DNA of 64,000 nucleotides, from positions 1,536,001-1,600,000 of the forward strand of contig CBDCWG010000012.1 of assembly GCA_965223345.1 (NCBI GenBank). Reading direction: 5' to 3'. The notes under the pieces were generated by a model, which saw nothing but the letters and a program-made list of their open reading frames with translations, was not told the origin of the DNA and made no database searches. The stretch is from Nitrospinales bacterium (GTDB lineage: Bacteria; Nitrospinota; Nitrospinia; Nitrospinales; VA-1). Both the position numbers and the translations under genes were made by a program. Shown in pieces: positions 1-9,530 of this stretch (position 1 is its first letter; each line of letters starts with the position of its first letter).

Positions 1-13
1 AGGAGATTCATAC

Positions 14-1441
14 ATGTCTAAAAAAATGATGATCATCAAGCAGGATGCTGAGTCCGGGACCGGGTTGGCGAAGTACTACCGGGAACGAGGCTGGATAGTC
101 AAAGTTGCCAACAGCATTTCCGCAGCGCATTTAATGACGGATAACGATGATTGGTGTCCGCAGGTCATTATCGCCAACCTGAGGTTCACGGACGGTAAGT
201 TGTTCGATCATCTTGAAACCTTTCAAAGCCATGTGACTTTTTCAGAATGGATATTTATTGTCAGGGAGTCGGATCAGAAGGATCTGGATCGCATCAGTGA
301 ACTGGCTTATGATTTTCTGCTAAAACCTTACGATCAAAAACGTCTGGACGTACTGGTCGCGCGCGCCCACCGGGCTGCCTTGTGCAATCTGAAACTGGAT
401 AACTATGATGCATGCAACAAAAAGAAATATAAGCTCGATGCGTATCTGGGAAGCAGCGAGCCGGTGCAGGAACTGAAAGACATGCTCAAGGAACTGACTC
501 AAGTTGAAATCAGCGCCATGATCATCAACGGCGAGACCGGTACGGGAAAGGGACTGGTTGCGCGCATCCTGCATCATGCCAGCGAACTGCGCAAAGACGG
601 TCCGCTGGTGGAGATGAACTGCGCGGGGCTTCCCAGGGAATTGATGGAGTCGGAAATATTCGGCCACGAGGCCGGCGCCTTCACCGGGGCCAAAAGCCGC
701 CACCGGGGCTATATGGAGCAGGCCGACGGCGGCACGCTGTTCATGGATGAAATCGCGGACATGCCGATGGATTTGCAGGCAAAATTGCTGAAAGCCATTG
801 AGGATAAAACGATCCGCAGGCTCGGGGGAGAACGGGAGATCACTCTCGATCTTCAGATCATCGCGGCGTCCAGCATCGACTTGAAAGCAGCGGTCGAAAG
901 GAAAGAATTTCGCAGCGATCTGTACCACCGCCTTTCCGTGTTCTGTTTGAGTCTGCCGCCGCTTCGATCCCGCAAGAACGACTTGGTGGAGCTGGTTCCG
1001 AACATCATCGCGGAACTCAATCTCAAGGCCGGCAAGCATGTGAAAGTGGTACCCGATGAGGTCTGGAAAGAAATGATGGAATACGACTGGCCCGGAAACA
1101 TCCGCGAGTTGCGCAATGTGATCGAGCGCTGCGTGCTCCTTTCCAAAGACGAGATTTTTCCCGCACAGTGGCTGCAGCTCAAAGAATATTGCACGCCCAT
1201 TCAGGACTCATCTGCGGCTGGAAAGACTCCCGAAGAGGGGTATTGCCATGTGGACGATCACAGCCGTGTCACGATCCCCCTGGATGGCAGCATGTCGTTG
1301 GAGGAGATGGACAAGCACATCATTGAGACGGCTCTAAAAAGTAAGGAGTACAACGTCATGGAAACCGCCCGCAGCCTGGGAACGACGCGGGAAACGCTCC
1401 GCTATCGTATGCAAAAATACAATCTCAAGACCGCAAGCTAG
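14..1441 (+). CDS. Sigma54-dependent transcriptional activator (NtrC/AtoC family) with degenerate receiver domain
   Basis: Walker A GETGTGKG, GAFTGA loop, Walker B LFMDEI, WPGNIREL, C-terminal Fis-type HTH; AGGAG RBS at 1-5. Confidence 0.95.
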   Translation: MSKKMMIIKQDAESGTGLAKYYRERGWIVKVANSISAAHLMTDNDDWCPQVIIANLRFTDGKLFDHLETFQSHVTFSEWIFIVRESDQKDLDRISELAYDFLLKPYDQKRLDVLVARAHRAALCNLKLDNYDACNKKKYKLDAYLGSSEPVQELKDMLKELTQVEISAMIINGETGTGKGLVARILHHASELRKDGPLVEMNCAGLPRELMESEIFGHEAGAFTGAKSRHRGYMEQADGGTLFMDEIADMPMDLQAKLLKAIEDKTIRRLGGEREITLDLQIIAASSIDLKAAVERKEFRSDLYHRLSVFCLSLPPLRSRKNDLVELVPNIIAELNLKAGKHVKVVPDEVWKEMMEYDWPGNIRELRNVIERCVLLSKDEIFPAQWLQLKEYCTPIQDSSAAGKTPEEGYCHVDDHSRVTIPLDGSMSLEEMDKHIIETALKSKEYNVMETARSLGTTRETLRYRMQKYNLKTAS

Positions 1442-1512
1442 AAATTTCTTTTTCAAATAGTCCAAACGTTCTTCCTCACTACACTACCGGCTTTATCACC
1501 TCTCTGTGATTT

Positions 1513-1545
1513 GGGGCATATGCCCCGCCAGGGTGGATATCCACC
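1513..1545. promoter_or_regulatory. Two tandem perfect 14-bp palindromes, candidate upstream activator sites
   Basis: GGGGCATATGCCCC (1513-1526) and GGTGGATATCCACC (1532-1545), 70-100 bp upstream of a sigma54 site. Confidence 0.55.
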
Positions 1546-1610
1546 GCCTCTGGATCGTTTGCAACCCCCCGATAATCGATTTAGGCATTGATTTTATTGC
1601 TCTTTAAGGT

Positions 1611-1626
1611 TGGCATCAATACTGCA
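1611..1626 (+). promoter_or_regulatory. Sigma54 -24/-12 promoter
   Basis: TGGCATCAATACTGCA, exact GG-N10-GC spacing, 40 bp before CDS 1666 and just downstream of a sigma54 activator gene. Confidence 0.7.
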
Positions 1627-1665
1627 AATCTATCATTGGGTAAATTCTAAGAAAGGTGCCTGGTC

Positions 1666-1962
1666 GTGCAGAATAAGTACGAAATGCTCAAAAACCTGGA
1701 AGATCAACTGGGCGAGTTTGATGATGATTTGACTGAGAGGATTGAGAAGATCGAAGCGGCTTATCAGGGTTCAGGTGTTCCTGTAGGATTGAGAAAGAAG
1801 ATACAGGAGCTGGTCGATTTCAGGAAAGATTATGCGGATATGTTGCAGCAACTGAAATGGGCCGCGGATAATTCCTGGGAGGAACTTGAAATAAAAGCCG
1901 GCCGAATGTACCAAAAACTTTCTCAATCGATCATAGAGATCCGTGAGGATTATAAAGATTAA
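1666..1962 (+). CDS. Small coiled-coil hypothetical protein (possibly stress related)
   Basis: GTG start with GAAAGGT RBS; helical charged 98 aa; co-oriented with ferritin-like gene. Confidence 0.65.
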   Translation: MQNKYEMLKNLEDQLGEFDDDLTERIEKIEAAYQGSGVPVGLRKKIQELVDFRKDYADMLQQLKWAADNSWEELEIKAGRMYQKLSQSIIEIREDYKD

Positions 1963-1999
1963 ATAAAAAATTTTTCAATTGTATAAATTGAGGAGATAA

Positions 2000-2422
2000 A
2001 TGGCTATCACGAAAGAAAAGCTGATCGAAGAATTGAACAAGGATCTGGAGTGGGAATACGCATCGGCGGTTCAATATATTCAGCATGCGTCTATGGTGAA
2101 GGGCCCGCTGTACCAATTGATTCAAAACGAACTGCTGGTTCATTCCAAGGAAGAAATGCAGCACGCCGCGAAAATTTCCGAACAGATCGAGTTTTTAGGC
2201 GGCGTTCCCACTATCGCCATCGAAGATCGAAAGATCGCGCGCGACAGCCTCACCATGCTCAAGCAGGATCTGGAAGGAGAGGAAATTGCGATCGAACGCT
2301 ATAAAAAAAGGATCGAGCAGGCGGAGGAGCTGGGGGAATACGGTCTGCGCCGGATCTTGGAGGATATTCTTGTTGAAGAGGAAGAACACAAACGCGATTT
2401 GATGGATGTGATCGAAGACTAG
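2000..2422 (+). CDS. Ferritin-like (bacterioferritin-type) diiron protein
   Basis: E..E.(A)..QY..H, EEMQH, E..AI..Y, EEEH ferroxidase motifs; GAGGAG RBS. Confidence 0.9.
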   Translation: MAITKEKLIEELNKDLEWEYASAVQYIQHASMVKGPLYQLIQNELLVHSKEEMQHAAKISEQIEFLGGVPTIAIEDRKIARDSLTMLKQDLEGEEIAIERYKKRIEQAEELGEYGLRRILEDILVEEEEHKRDLMDVIED

Positions 2423-2485
2423 AGCGATTGCAGGTGAATCACCCTCTCAAACCGCATCCGTTCACTTTCTAGAAGGGGAACCATC

Positions 2486-2650
2486 ATGATTTCATGGGCC
2501 GTTACGTTTCTCATCATTGCGATCATCGCCGGTGTTCTGGGTTTGTCCGGCATCGCCGGCACCGCCACGCAGATCGCCTGGATCCTGTTTGTTGTCGGGT
2601 TGATCCTCGCATTGGTATTCGGACTGCTTGGCAGAAGGCCTCCGATTTGA
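2486..2650 (+). CDS. DUF1328/UPF0391 (YtjA-like) small membrane protein, 54 aa, not in ORF track
   Basis: Hand translation [64 protein letters not shown]. Confidence 0.9.
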   Translation: MISWAVTFLIIAIIAGVLGLSGIAGTATQIAWILFVVGLILALVFGLLGRRPPI

Positions 2651-2747
2651 ACAACGGGCGCGGTTGATGAGACAGGGCAAGAGCAACGCGCCGCATAAGT
2701 GGCGCCGTTCATTGCCGGAGTTCATAAAATATAGCGAATAAAATGAC

Positions 2748-2772
2748 AAGGCCGGCGGTGCGCCGGCCTTTT
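2748..2772. terminator. Intrinsic terminator between convergent genes
   Basis: AAGGCCGGCG-GTG-CGCCGGCCTT followed by TT. Confidence 0.65.
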
Positions 2773-2851
2773 ACCTTCCGCGATTCATAGGGCGCTCATA
2801 GCATCCGAAAGCGCATCGCAGGATGCCATACCTGACGGCTGAGTTAAGAAA

Positions 2852-3427
2852 TCAATTTTTAAGCAAAGCCGCCTTCAAATCTTCCGAAACAGGCTTGGCG
2901 CCGATCCACTGCTCCAGCAGTGCCTCGAACAAGCCCGGTCCGGGATCGGAAAATTTTTTCTCCGCATTGAGATAAAAAACCGTTGCCTGATCGGGGAGGT
3001 AGGAGAAAAAAAGTACGTCTCCCTGGTTCAATTTGAAGAACTTTTTTTTGAACCGGTTGTACAGCTTGTCGGATAGTTCGGGCCGGATGGCTTCCTTCCA
3101 GGGATCGGGCACTTCTTCGGGCATTTCGGAAGTCAGCACTTCGATGCGGATGCCTACCGGGTGGCTGAGTGCCTGAATCGAATCCAGATCGCCTCCCTGC
3201 CTGGAATCCATATACAGCGCACATTGGTACACATCAAAAAATGCGTAGCTGCGGACGCCGGATGAAAACAGCGACCAGTCCCTCCCTCCGATGTGGATCG
3301 TTTCCGGTGGATTTTCTTGAGCCGATGAGGTGCCGAATGACAGAACGCTCAGGCACAACAGGGCAAAAGCCAGTACATTGCCGGGCGACGGGAATTGCCG
3401 AGTGCGTGAAGGGAGGTTCATGCGCAT
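2852..3427 (-). CDS. Chalcone-isomerase-like periplasmic protein
   Basis: Signal peptide; G.R.Y.FFDVY..ALY and C-terminal WIG.KPVSEDLK.ALL motifs. Confidence 0.8.
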   Translation of the reverse strand: MRMNLPSRTRQFPSPGNVLAFALLCLSVLSFGTSSAQENPPETIHIGGRDWSLFSSGVRSYAFFDVYQCALYMDSRQGGDLDSIQALSHPVGIRIEVLTSEMPEEVPDPWKEAIRPELSDKLYNRFKKKFFKLNQGDVLFFSYLPDQATVFYLNAEKKFSDPGPGLFEALLEQWIGAKPVSEDLKAALLKN

Positions 3428-3631
3428 ACCCTGAAATCCAGATTGGTGCCTGTTCGACCTTGCGGGGTTGTTCCTTCCTTTTTACCGCAATCTATGGATA
3501 CCGTATCCGTATTATACCCGGAAACCGGGAATCCGATGCCTCAAACGGGATAATTTGCGTTATCATTCTTGCGAATGACGCCCACAAATCCAGATGGGCT
3601 TAACGCAAACGTGATTTTCGTTGATTTGGCA

Positions 3632-4750
3632 ATGAGCATTACAAAAATCGTCCTGATATCCCTCGCCATCCTGCCTGTTTTCGCCAGTGTGATCCCGCTT
3701 TCCGATAAAACACACTGGACCGTGCGTGCCTTCGATTTTCCACGTCCGCAGTTTGCGCTGCTGGGTCTGTGTGTGTTTGCGGTATACGCGCTGTTTTGTT
3801 TCGATACGCCATTGGATTTTGCGATTCTGGCCGCAATCCTTCTGGCCACAGCCCGCCAGGTGTATCTCATTTTTCCCTACACCCCGCTTGCGGCCAAGCA
3901 GGTGATGGACGCACAAAAACCGCACCCGGACAACACCCTGGGGCTCGTCGTGGCGAATGTGTTGAAACCCAACCGCAATGTGGAAAGACTGTTGCGAAGC
4001 ATCCGCGAAACCGATCCCGACATCATCCTCACTTTGGAAACCGACAAGTGGTGGGAAGCCCAATTGCAGGTTCTCGAAAAAGATTATCCTCACACATTAA
4101 AATGTCCGCAGGACAACCTCTACGGCATGCACTTTTATTCCCGCCTGGCTATAGAGAATCCGCAAATCCATTTTCTGGTCGAAGAAGACGTGCCGTCCAT
4201 GCACGTGAAAGTGCGCTTGCGCTCGGGGCATCCCGTCGATCTGCGTTGCCTGCATCCCGCGCCTCCCAGTCCCACGGAAAACACGGCGTCCAGGGAGCGG
4301 GACGCGGAACTGCTGCTCGTGGGCAAAGCGGTCACCGCCTATAAAGGTTCCGTCATCGTCACCGGAGACCTGAACGATGTGGCCTGGTCCAGGACGACCA
4401 CCCTGTTCAAGAAAATCAGCGGCCTGCTGGATCCGCGCATCGGCAGAGGCATGTACAGCACCTACAACGCCAAATACTGGTTTTTGCGCTGGCCGTTGGA
4501 CCACCTGTTCCACAGCAACGACTTCACGCTTGTGTCGATCGGCACACTGCCGTATTTTGGTTCCGATCATTTTCCCATCCACGTGACCTTGAGCCACGAG
4601 CCGGAGAAAAAGCAGGTGCAACCGGCGCCCGAGGCTGATGAAGAAGATGAGAAGCTCGCGCGGAAAAAAATCAGGCAGGGAAATGGTGAGCCGGTATCCG
4701 TGAAGCCCGATCTCAGTGTATCGATGAATGAGGAAAAAAAGGAAGAATGA
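3632..4750 (+). CDS. Membrane-anchored endonuclease/exonuclease/phosphatase (YafD-like) protein
   Basis: N-terminal TMs; ANV, LE, GDLND, LDH, GSDHFP motifs; start moved to ATG 3632. Confidence 0.9.
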   Translation: MSITKIVLISLAILPVFASVIPLSDKTHWTVRAFDFPRPQFALLGLCVFAVYALFCFDTPLDFAILAAILLATARQVYLIFPYTPLAAKQVMDAQKPHPDNTLGLVVANVLKPNRNVERLLRSIRETDPDIILTLETDKWWEAQLQVLEKDYPHTLKCPQDNLYGMHFYSRLAIENPQIHFLVEEDVPSMHVKVRLRSGHPVDLRCLHPAPPSPTENTASRERDAELLLVGKAVTAYKGSVIVTGDLNDVAWSRTTTLFKKISGLLDPRIGRGMYSTYNAKYWFLRWPLDHLFHSNDFTLVSIGTLPYFGSDHFPIHVTLSHEPEKKQVQPAPEADEEDEKLARKKIRQGNGEPVSVKPDLSVSMNEEKKEE

Positions 4751-4946
4751 TCCAACGGGATGAAACCGGTTCGGTTCGGAATCCTTAATCCCTCACGTCA
4801 TGGCCACCCCCTCAATATTTTGTTCGAATCATTGAAATTAGATTTTAAGGATTTGTTGCGTGGCGATATCCGGAATTCTCCAGCATCATTGCTTGGATTT
4901 ATTTTTTATAAAAACCATACCGTAACGAAGTATTCTTCTTATATCC

Positions 4947-5318
4947 TCACAGCTCCAACTGCGGAGCGAATTGATTGTCGCAGCTGCGGGTGCACATCCA
5001 TTTCTTTTCCCCACACCTGAACTGCGCGGAGGGGTTCTCTCCAGCGCCGCTCATGCAGGAATCGAATTCCTGTGTGCATTTATCCAGACAGGCTTTTTGG
5101 GTCTGCTGCAGAATATACGGAAGTTGGAAATCGGATCCTTCCCAGCCCACTATTTCCATATTTCCTTTCAAGCACGGCTTGCCTGGGGATGAAGGGTTCA
5201 AGTCGGTCACCGGATTCAAGGGAACCGACGGCTTTGTGGTTTCTCCCGCATTCGCCAGGCCTGTTGTCAGAAATAAAATGACCAGGGAACAAAGGATCCA
5301 TGTTCGGAATTTCATCAT
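4947..5318 (-). CDS. Secreted small Cys-rich hypothetical protein
   Basis: AAGGAG RBS, signal peptide ending ANA, C-x3-C-x6-C...C-x6-C-x3-C domain. Confidence 0.7.
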   Translation of the reverse strand: MMKFRTWILCSLVILFLTTGLANAGETTKPSVPLNPVTDLNPSSPGKPCLKGNMEIVGWEGSDFQLPYILQQTQKACLDKCTQEFDSCMSGAGENPSAQFRCGEKKWMCTRSCDNQFAPQLEL

Positions 5319-5458
5319 GCAACTCCTTTCTCATTCCCAGCCCTGAGCGGGAGAATTCCGGATACACGCATTATCAGCTCACGCCCCTCGCTGAAATCGA
5401 TTGTGAAAAGAGATGAACCGCATTGGCGATTTCGCGGATGGGGTCGCATTTCTCCCGA

Positions 5459-5551
5459 TCATTCGTTGAACAGCCCCGAAGTGAAGAAGCTCAAAAAACC
5501 GATTGCCGCAACACCCGCCATCATTGCCATCCATACAGAAGTCGGTTCCAT
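5459..5551 (-). CDS. 30-aa membrane peptide MEPTSVWMAMMAGVAAIGFLSFFTSGLFNE (not in ORF track)
   Basis: GGAGGTG RBS; 18/30 identical to the peptide at 48717-48809. Confidence 0.75.
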   Translation of the reverse strand: MEPTSVWMAMMAGVAAIGFLSFFTSGLFNE

Positions 5552-6178
5552 AGCACACCTCCGATTGTTAAAAAAAGGAACGATGTCTCTTCATAAACGG
5601 ATCGTTATGGGATCCAGATCCGGTTTGTCTGCTTTGCCCGATCGCTGATAAAACTTCCATCATCGGTTTCTAACCCGTTCACAGCTTAAGATGTGCGGGC
5701 TAAAGTTTGGTTTTATTGATAATATCTTATGATTTTATTGATATTATCAATGTATGGTGAACCGGTGGATCTGCTGAACTGTCCGTAAATGCAATGTTTT
5801 CGGGTTCTGACGGTGGGGGGTGATCCAGGGCGAAAAAACCGAGGAGGTGACAGCCTGCAATCAGCTTTGCTCTGGCAATGAACCGCGTTCTCGGTCTTGC
5901 ATCCCCTGGGGTGAAAGAATGGACGATCAGCCTGGAGATCAACTTCGCGTTTTAGCTTGTGGTGAGTGGGGAAAATGGGTTCCGGCGGAGCGGGAAAAAC
6001 AATGGACTGAGGATAGGCCATAATTCATAATATTAGCGATTACGAAAAACACGAATTCCACAGTGTGCATCAACCCGTCAACGGATGGCGGGACACGTCA
6101 ACACTTCATCGTTCCTGCGCGGGCGACAGAGCAGGTCTGGGTGTGAAATGGATTGGATCTCTCAGGAAGGTGAGTTGA

Positions 6179-6667
6179 GTGACATTGGCTGAAGAAAGAA
6201 GGAAATGGTTTGCCATCCTGTCTCGGGGAATTCTGTTTCTTCTGATTTGGTGGATTCTCACCGATGGATCGGTCCCGTCCTTGTGGATCGGTGTTCCGGC
6301 GGTCTTTCTGGCCGTGACTGCCAGCATGAAGCTGATTCCACCCGTTCCTTTTGACGGGTTCGAACTTTTCAGGTTCGTGCCTTTTTTCCTCCTTCACTCT
6401 CTGCTCGGTGGTGTGGATGTGGCCCGGCGCGCCTTTCAGCCGGATTTGCCCATTGCCCCCGAGCTCATAGAATATCCAATGCGTCTGCCGCCGGGATTGC
6501 CGCTTGTATTCATGACCAACGTGATCTCTCTGCTGCCGGGAACATTGAGCGTTGCCATCGATCGGAGTGTGTTGAAGTTGCATGTGCTGGACGGGAGTAA
6601 AGATTATGTCACTGAGCTCAAGGCATTGGAGCAAGGCGTCGCGCGTCTGTTCCGTGTCTCCTTGTAG
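6179..6667 (+). CDS. mrpE: Mrp/Mnh Na+/H+ antiporter subunit E
   Basis: N.ISLLPGTL and LHVLD motifs; first gene of Mrp cluster. Confidence 0.9.
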   Translation: MTLAEERRKWFAILSRGILFLLIWWILTDGSVPSLWIGVPAVFLAVTASMKLIPPVPFDGFELFRFVPFFLLHSLLGGVDVARRAFQPDLPIAPELIEYPMRLPPGLPLVFMTNVISLLPGTLSVAIDRSVLKLHVLDGSKDYVTELKALEQGVARLFRVSL

Positions 6668-6705
6668 GTTTACCAGCGGGATCTTATATATAGGAAACTG
6701 GATAA

Positions 6706-7692
6706 ATGAAACGATTCAAAAATATTCTTTGCGTGGTGGAACCCAAAGAGACGTACAAGCCAGCCCTGGAGCGCGCCGTCACACTGGCAGAGAACAACCA
6801 GGCCGATCTGACGGTCGTCAACGTGACACCGAAGATCACGGCAGGGATCGGAATGCCGGAAGGGGGGCCTGTATCCGCCGAGTTGCAGGCTGCCGTGGTG
6901 AGCGCCCATGCTCAAGCAATGGAAACCCTGATCGAACCTTACCGCAAACGGATCGAGATTCAAACCAGGGTGTTGACCGGCACGCCTTTTCTGGAAATCA
7001 TCCGCGAGGTGCTGCGCAATGGACACGATCTGGTGATCAAGATCCCCCAGAATCTGGACTGGCTGGACCGGTTATTCGGCAGCGACGACATGCACCTGTT
7101 GCGCAAGTGCCCCTGTCCGGTCTGGCTCATCAAACCCACTGAACAGAAATCCTACGCCCGCATCCTGGCGGCGGTCGATGTGGATGATGACGACAGCTGC
7201 CCGCCGGAGGAGCTGGAAACGCGGCGTGCGCTGAACCGGCAGATTCTTGAAATGGCGTGTTCCCTCGCACTGTCCGATTTTGCGGAGTTGCATGTGATGC
7301 ACGCCTGGGATGCGATCGGCGAGAGCGCCATGGGCGGCTCATTCATGCACACGCCAAAGAAGAAAATCACCGCCTACGTCGAACAGGTGAGGCGGCACCG
7401 CAAGGCTGGTTTTGATGCGCTCATGAGTGATGTGACCCGCAATGTGGGCAAAGACGCCACGGATTATCTGCAACCCAAAACGCATCTGGTGAAGGGGCTG
7501 GCTTCCAGGGAAATTCTGGCGGTGACCCAGAAGATCCAGGCCAACCTGGTTGTCATGGGGACGGTGGGACGCACCGGCATTCCCGGATTTTTTATCGGCA
7601 ACACCGCAGAAACCGTCTTGAACCAGATCGATTGCTCCGTGCTTGCGATCAAGCCGCCCGGATTCAAAACGCCGGTCACTCTGGAGGCTTGA
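6706..7692 (+). CDS. Tandem-domain universal stress protein (UspE-like)
   Basis: FKNIL, LLRKCPCPVW, VVMGTVGRTGIPGFFIGNTAE.VL....CSVLAIKP. Confidence 0.92.
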   Translation: MKRFKNILCVVEPKETYKPALERAVTLAENNQADLTVVNVTPKITAGIGMPEGGPVSAELQAAVVSAHAQAMETLIEPYRKRIEIQTRVLTGTPFLEIIREVLRNGHDLVIKIPQNLDWLDRLFGSDDMHLLRKCPCPVWLIKPTEQKSYARILAAVDVDDDDSCPPEELETRRALNRQILEMACSLALSDFAELHVMHAWDAIGESAMGGSFMHTPKKKITAYVEQVRRHRKAGFDALMSDVTRNVGKDATDYLQPKTHLVKGLASREILAVTQKIQANLVVMGTVGRTGIPGFFIGNTAETVLNQIDCSVLAIKPPGFKTPVTLEA

Positions 7693-7698
7693 GCACGC

Positions 7699-7977
7699 GT
7701 GCAGATCCTCTACCACGCATTGGCGCTGTTTCTGCTGATGAACCTTAGCGCCGGGATGTGGCGCATACTGAAGGGGCCGACCGCCGCCGATCGCATGCTG
7801 GCCGCGCAATTATTCGGCACGACCGCGGTGGCCCTGTTGCTGCTGCTGGCTCAGGCAGCCGAAAACGCAGCCCTGCGCGATGTGGCGCTGGTGTTTGCCC
7901 TGTTGGCCGCAGTGACGGCTGTGGCTTTCGTGCGGCGGGCGTGGACGGATCGAGAGGCGGACCATGAATCCGATTGA
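7699..7977 (+). CDS. mrpF: Mrp subunit F
   Basis: R...GPT.ADR..A motif, 3 TM. Confidence 0.9.
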   Translation: MQILYHALALFLLMNLSAGMWRILKGPTAADRMLAAQLFGTTAVALLLLLAQAAENAALRDVALVFALLAAVTAVAFVRRAWTDREADHESD

Positions 7978-8263
7978 TTTCCTCGCCGCGGCACTGCTGA
8001 TTGCCGGAGCCATCTTCTTTCTGGCCGGCACGCTGGGTCTGCTGCGTTTCCCGGATGTGTACACCCGTCTTCACGCCCTGACCAAAGCCGACAACGTGGG
8101 CCTGGGCCTGGTGGTGGCAGGTCTCGCGGTGAAGGCGGAGTCCTGGACTGCGGTGGGGAAGCTGCTGCTGATCTGGATCTTGGTGCTGCTTGCAGGGGCC
8201 AGCGTTTCCCACCTGATCGCCCGCAAGGCATTGCACAGGAGTATCGATCTATGGAAGCGGTGA
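7964..8263 (+). CDS. mrpG: Mrp subunit G
   Basis: GLLRFPDVYTRLHALTK motif. Confidence 0.92.
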   Translation: MNPIDFLAAALLIAGAIFFLAGTLGLLRFPDVYTRLHALTKADNVGLGLVVAGLAVKAESWTAVGKLLLIWILVLLAGASVSHLIARKALHRSIDLWKR

Positions 8264-9207
8264 ACCTTTTGCAATGGGCTTTCGATATTCTGCTGGCGCT
8301 GGGACTGCTGGGGTTGGCCTGGCGGGCGTTGACGAACCCGGATCTGTTCAAGGCCATCGTGCTGTTCGTCGGCTTCGGTCTGCTGATGGCACTGGCCTGG
8401 GTGCGTTTGGATGCGCCGGACATCGCGCTCGCCGAAGCGGGCATCGGCGCCGGACTGACCGGCGCTCTGTTTCTGGCTGCGTTTGCGAAATTGCGCTCGG
8501 CCGAGGCGCACCCGGATACATCCGGCAAAGCTGAAGAAAAAGCGCGTGGCGTCCGGCATCTCAGGTATGGGACCGCGGGGCTCCTGCTGGGGGTCGCTGC
8601 CGGGCTCGGTCACGCGATCGTGTCTTTCCCACCGCATGCCGCGGGTTTGAGCGCCCAGGTCGCCGCCCATCTCGATGCCAGCGGGGTGAGCAACCCGGTG
8701 ACCGCGGTGCTGCTCAACTTCCGGGGCTACGACACGTTCCTGGAAATGCTCGTGCTGTTTTTGGCTTTGCTGGGCGTCTGGTCCCTGGGCGACGCATCCT
8801 TGAGCCGCGAGACGGCGGCGAATCCCGTATTGCACACCTTGTCGCGGCTGCTGACGCCGCTGCTGATCCTGGTGGCGGCTTATCTGCTGTGGGTCGGTGC
8901 GCATGCACCGGGCGGGGCTTTCCAGGCGGGGTCGATCCTGGGCGCGGCGGGGGTGCTCCTGCTGTTGTCGGGGTGGCGTCTGCGCGCTGACTGGACGGCA
9001 TTGCTGCCGCGAATCGTGATCGTGGCCGGCCTGGGCGCATTCCTGACGGTGGCTGTGCTCACAATGCTGATCGAAGGGAAGCTGCTGCAATATCCTCCCG
9101 ATCAGGCAGGCTTGCTGATCCTGCTGCTCGAAACCGCAGCCACCCTGTCCATCGGTGCGACCCTGGCCGCCCTGTTTCTGGGCGGACGTCCCCGTATCCA
9201 TCATTGA
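8251..9207 (+). CDS. mrpB: Mrp subunit B (DUF4040 + MnhB domains)
   Basis: APDIALAEA, NPVTAVLLNFRGYDT..E, PGGAFQAG motifs. Confidence 0.88.
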   Translation: MEAVNLLQWAFDILLALGLLGLAWRALTNPDLFKAIVLFVGFGLLMALAWVRLDAPDIALAEAGIGAGLTGALFLAAFAKLRSAEAHPDTSGKAEEKARGVRHLRYGTAGLLLGVAAGLGHAIVSFPPHAAGLSAQVAAHLDASGVSNPVTAVLLNFRGYDTFLEMLVLFLALLGVWSLGDASLSRETAANPVLHTLSRLLTPLLILVAAYLLWVGAHAPGGAFQAGSILGAAGVLLLLSGWRLRADWTALLPRIVIVAGLGAFLTVAVLTMLIEGKLLQYPPDQAGLLILLLETAATLSIGATLAALFLGGRPRIHH

Positions 9208-9216
9208 GGAAGGCAC

Positions 9217-9525
9217 ATGAACGCTGCATTTCTATACGCCCTGGTGGGTGCGGGGCTTTTTTCTCTGGGGCTCTATGCCCTGATCGTGTATGCCCACCTG
9301 CTGCGCAAGATTCTGGCGATCAACATCATGGGCAGCGGCGTCTTCCTGGTGCTGGTCGCGCTGGCAAAGCGCACCGGGGACGCATCGCCGGATGCGGTGC
9401 CGCACGCCATGGTCATCACCGGAATCGTGGTCGCGGTTTCAGCAACGGCACTGGCGCTTGCCTTGATGTTGAAACTGACCGCGAAAACCGGCCGCGCCGA
9501 GCTTCCTGAAGACCGCAAAGAGTAG
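9217..9525 (+). CDS. mrpC: Mrp subunit C
   Basis: D.VPHAMVITGIVV motif, NuoK-like size. Confidence 0.9.
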   Translation: MNAAFLYALVGAGLFSLGLYALIVYAHLLRKILAINIMGSGVFLVLVALAKRTGDASPDAVPHAMVITGIVVAVSATALALALMLKLTAKTGRAELPEDRKE

Positions 9526-9530
9526 CGCCG

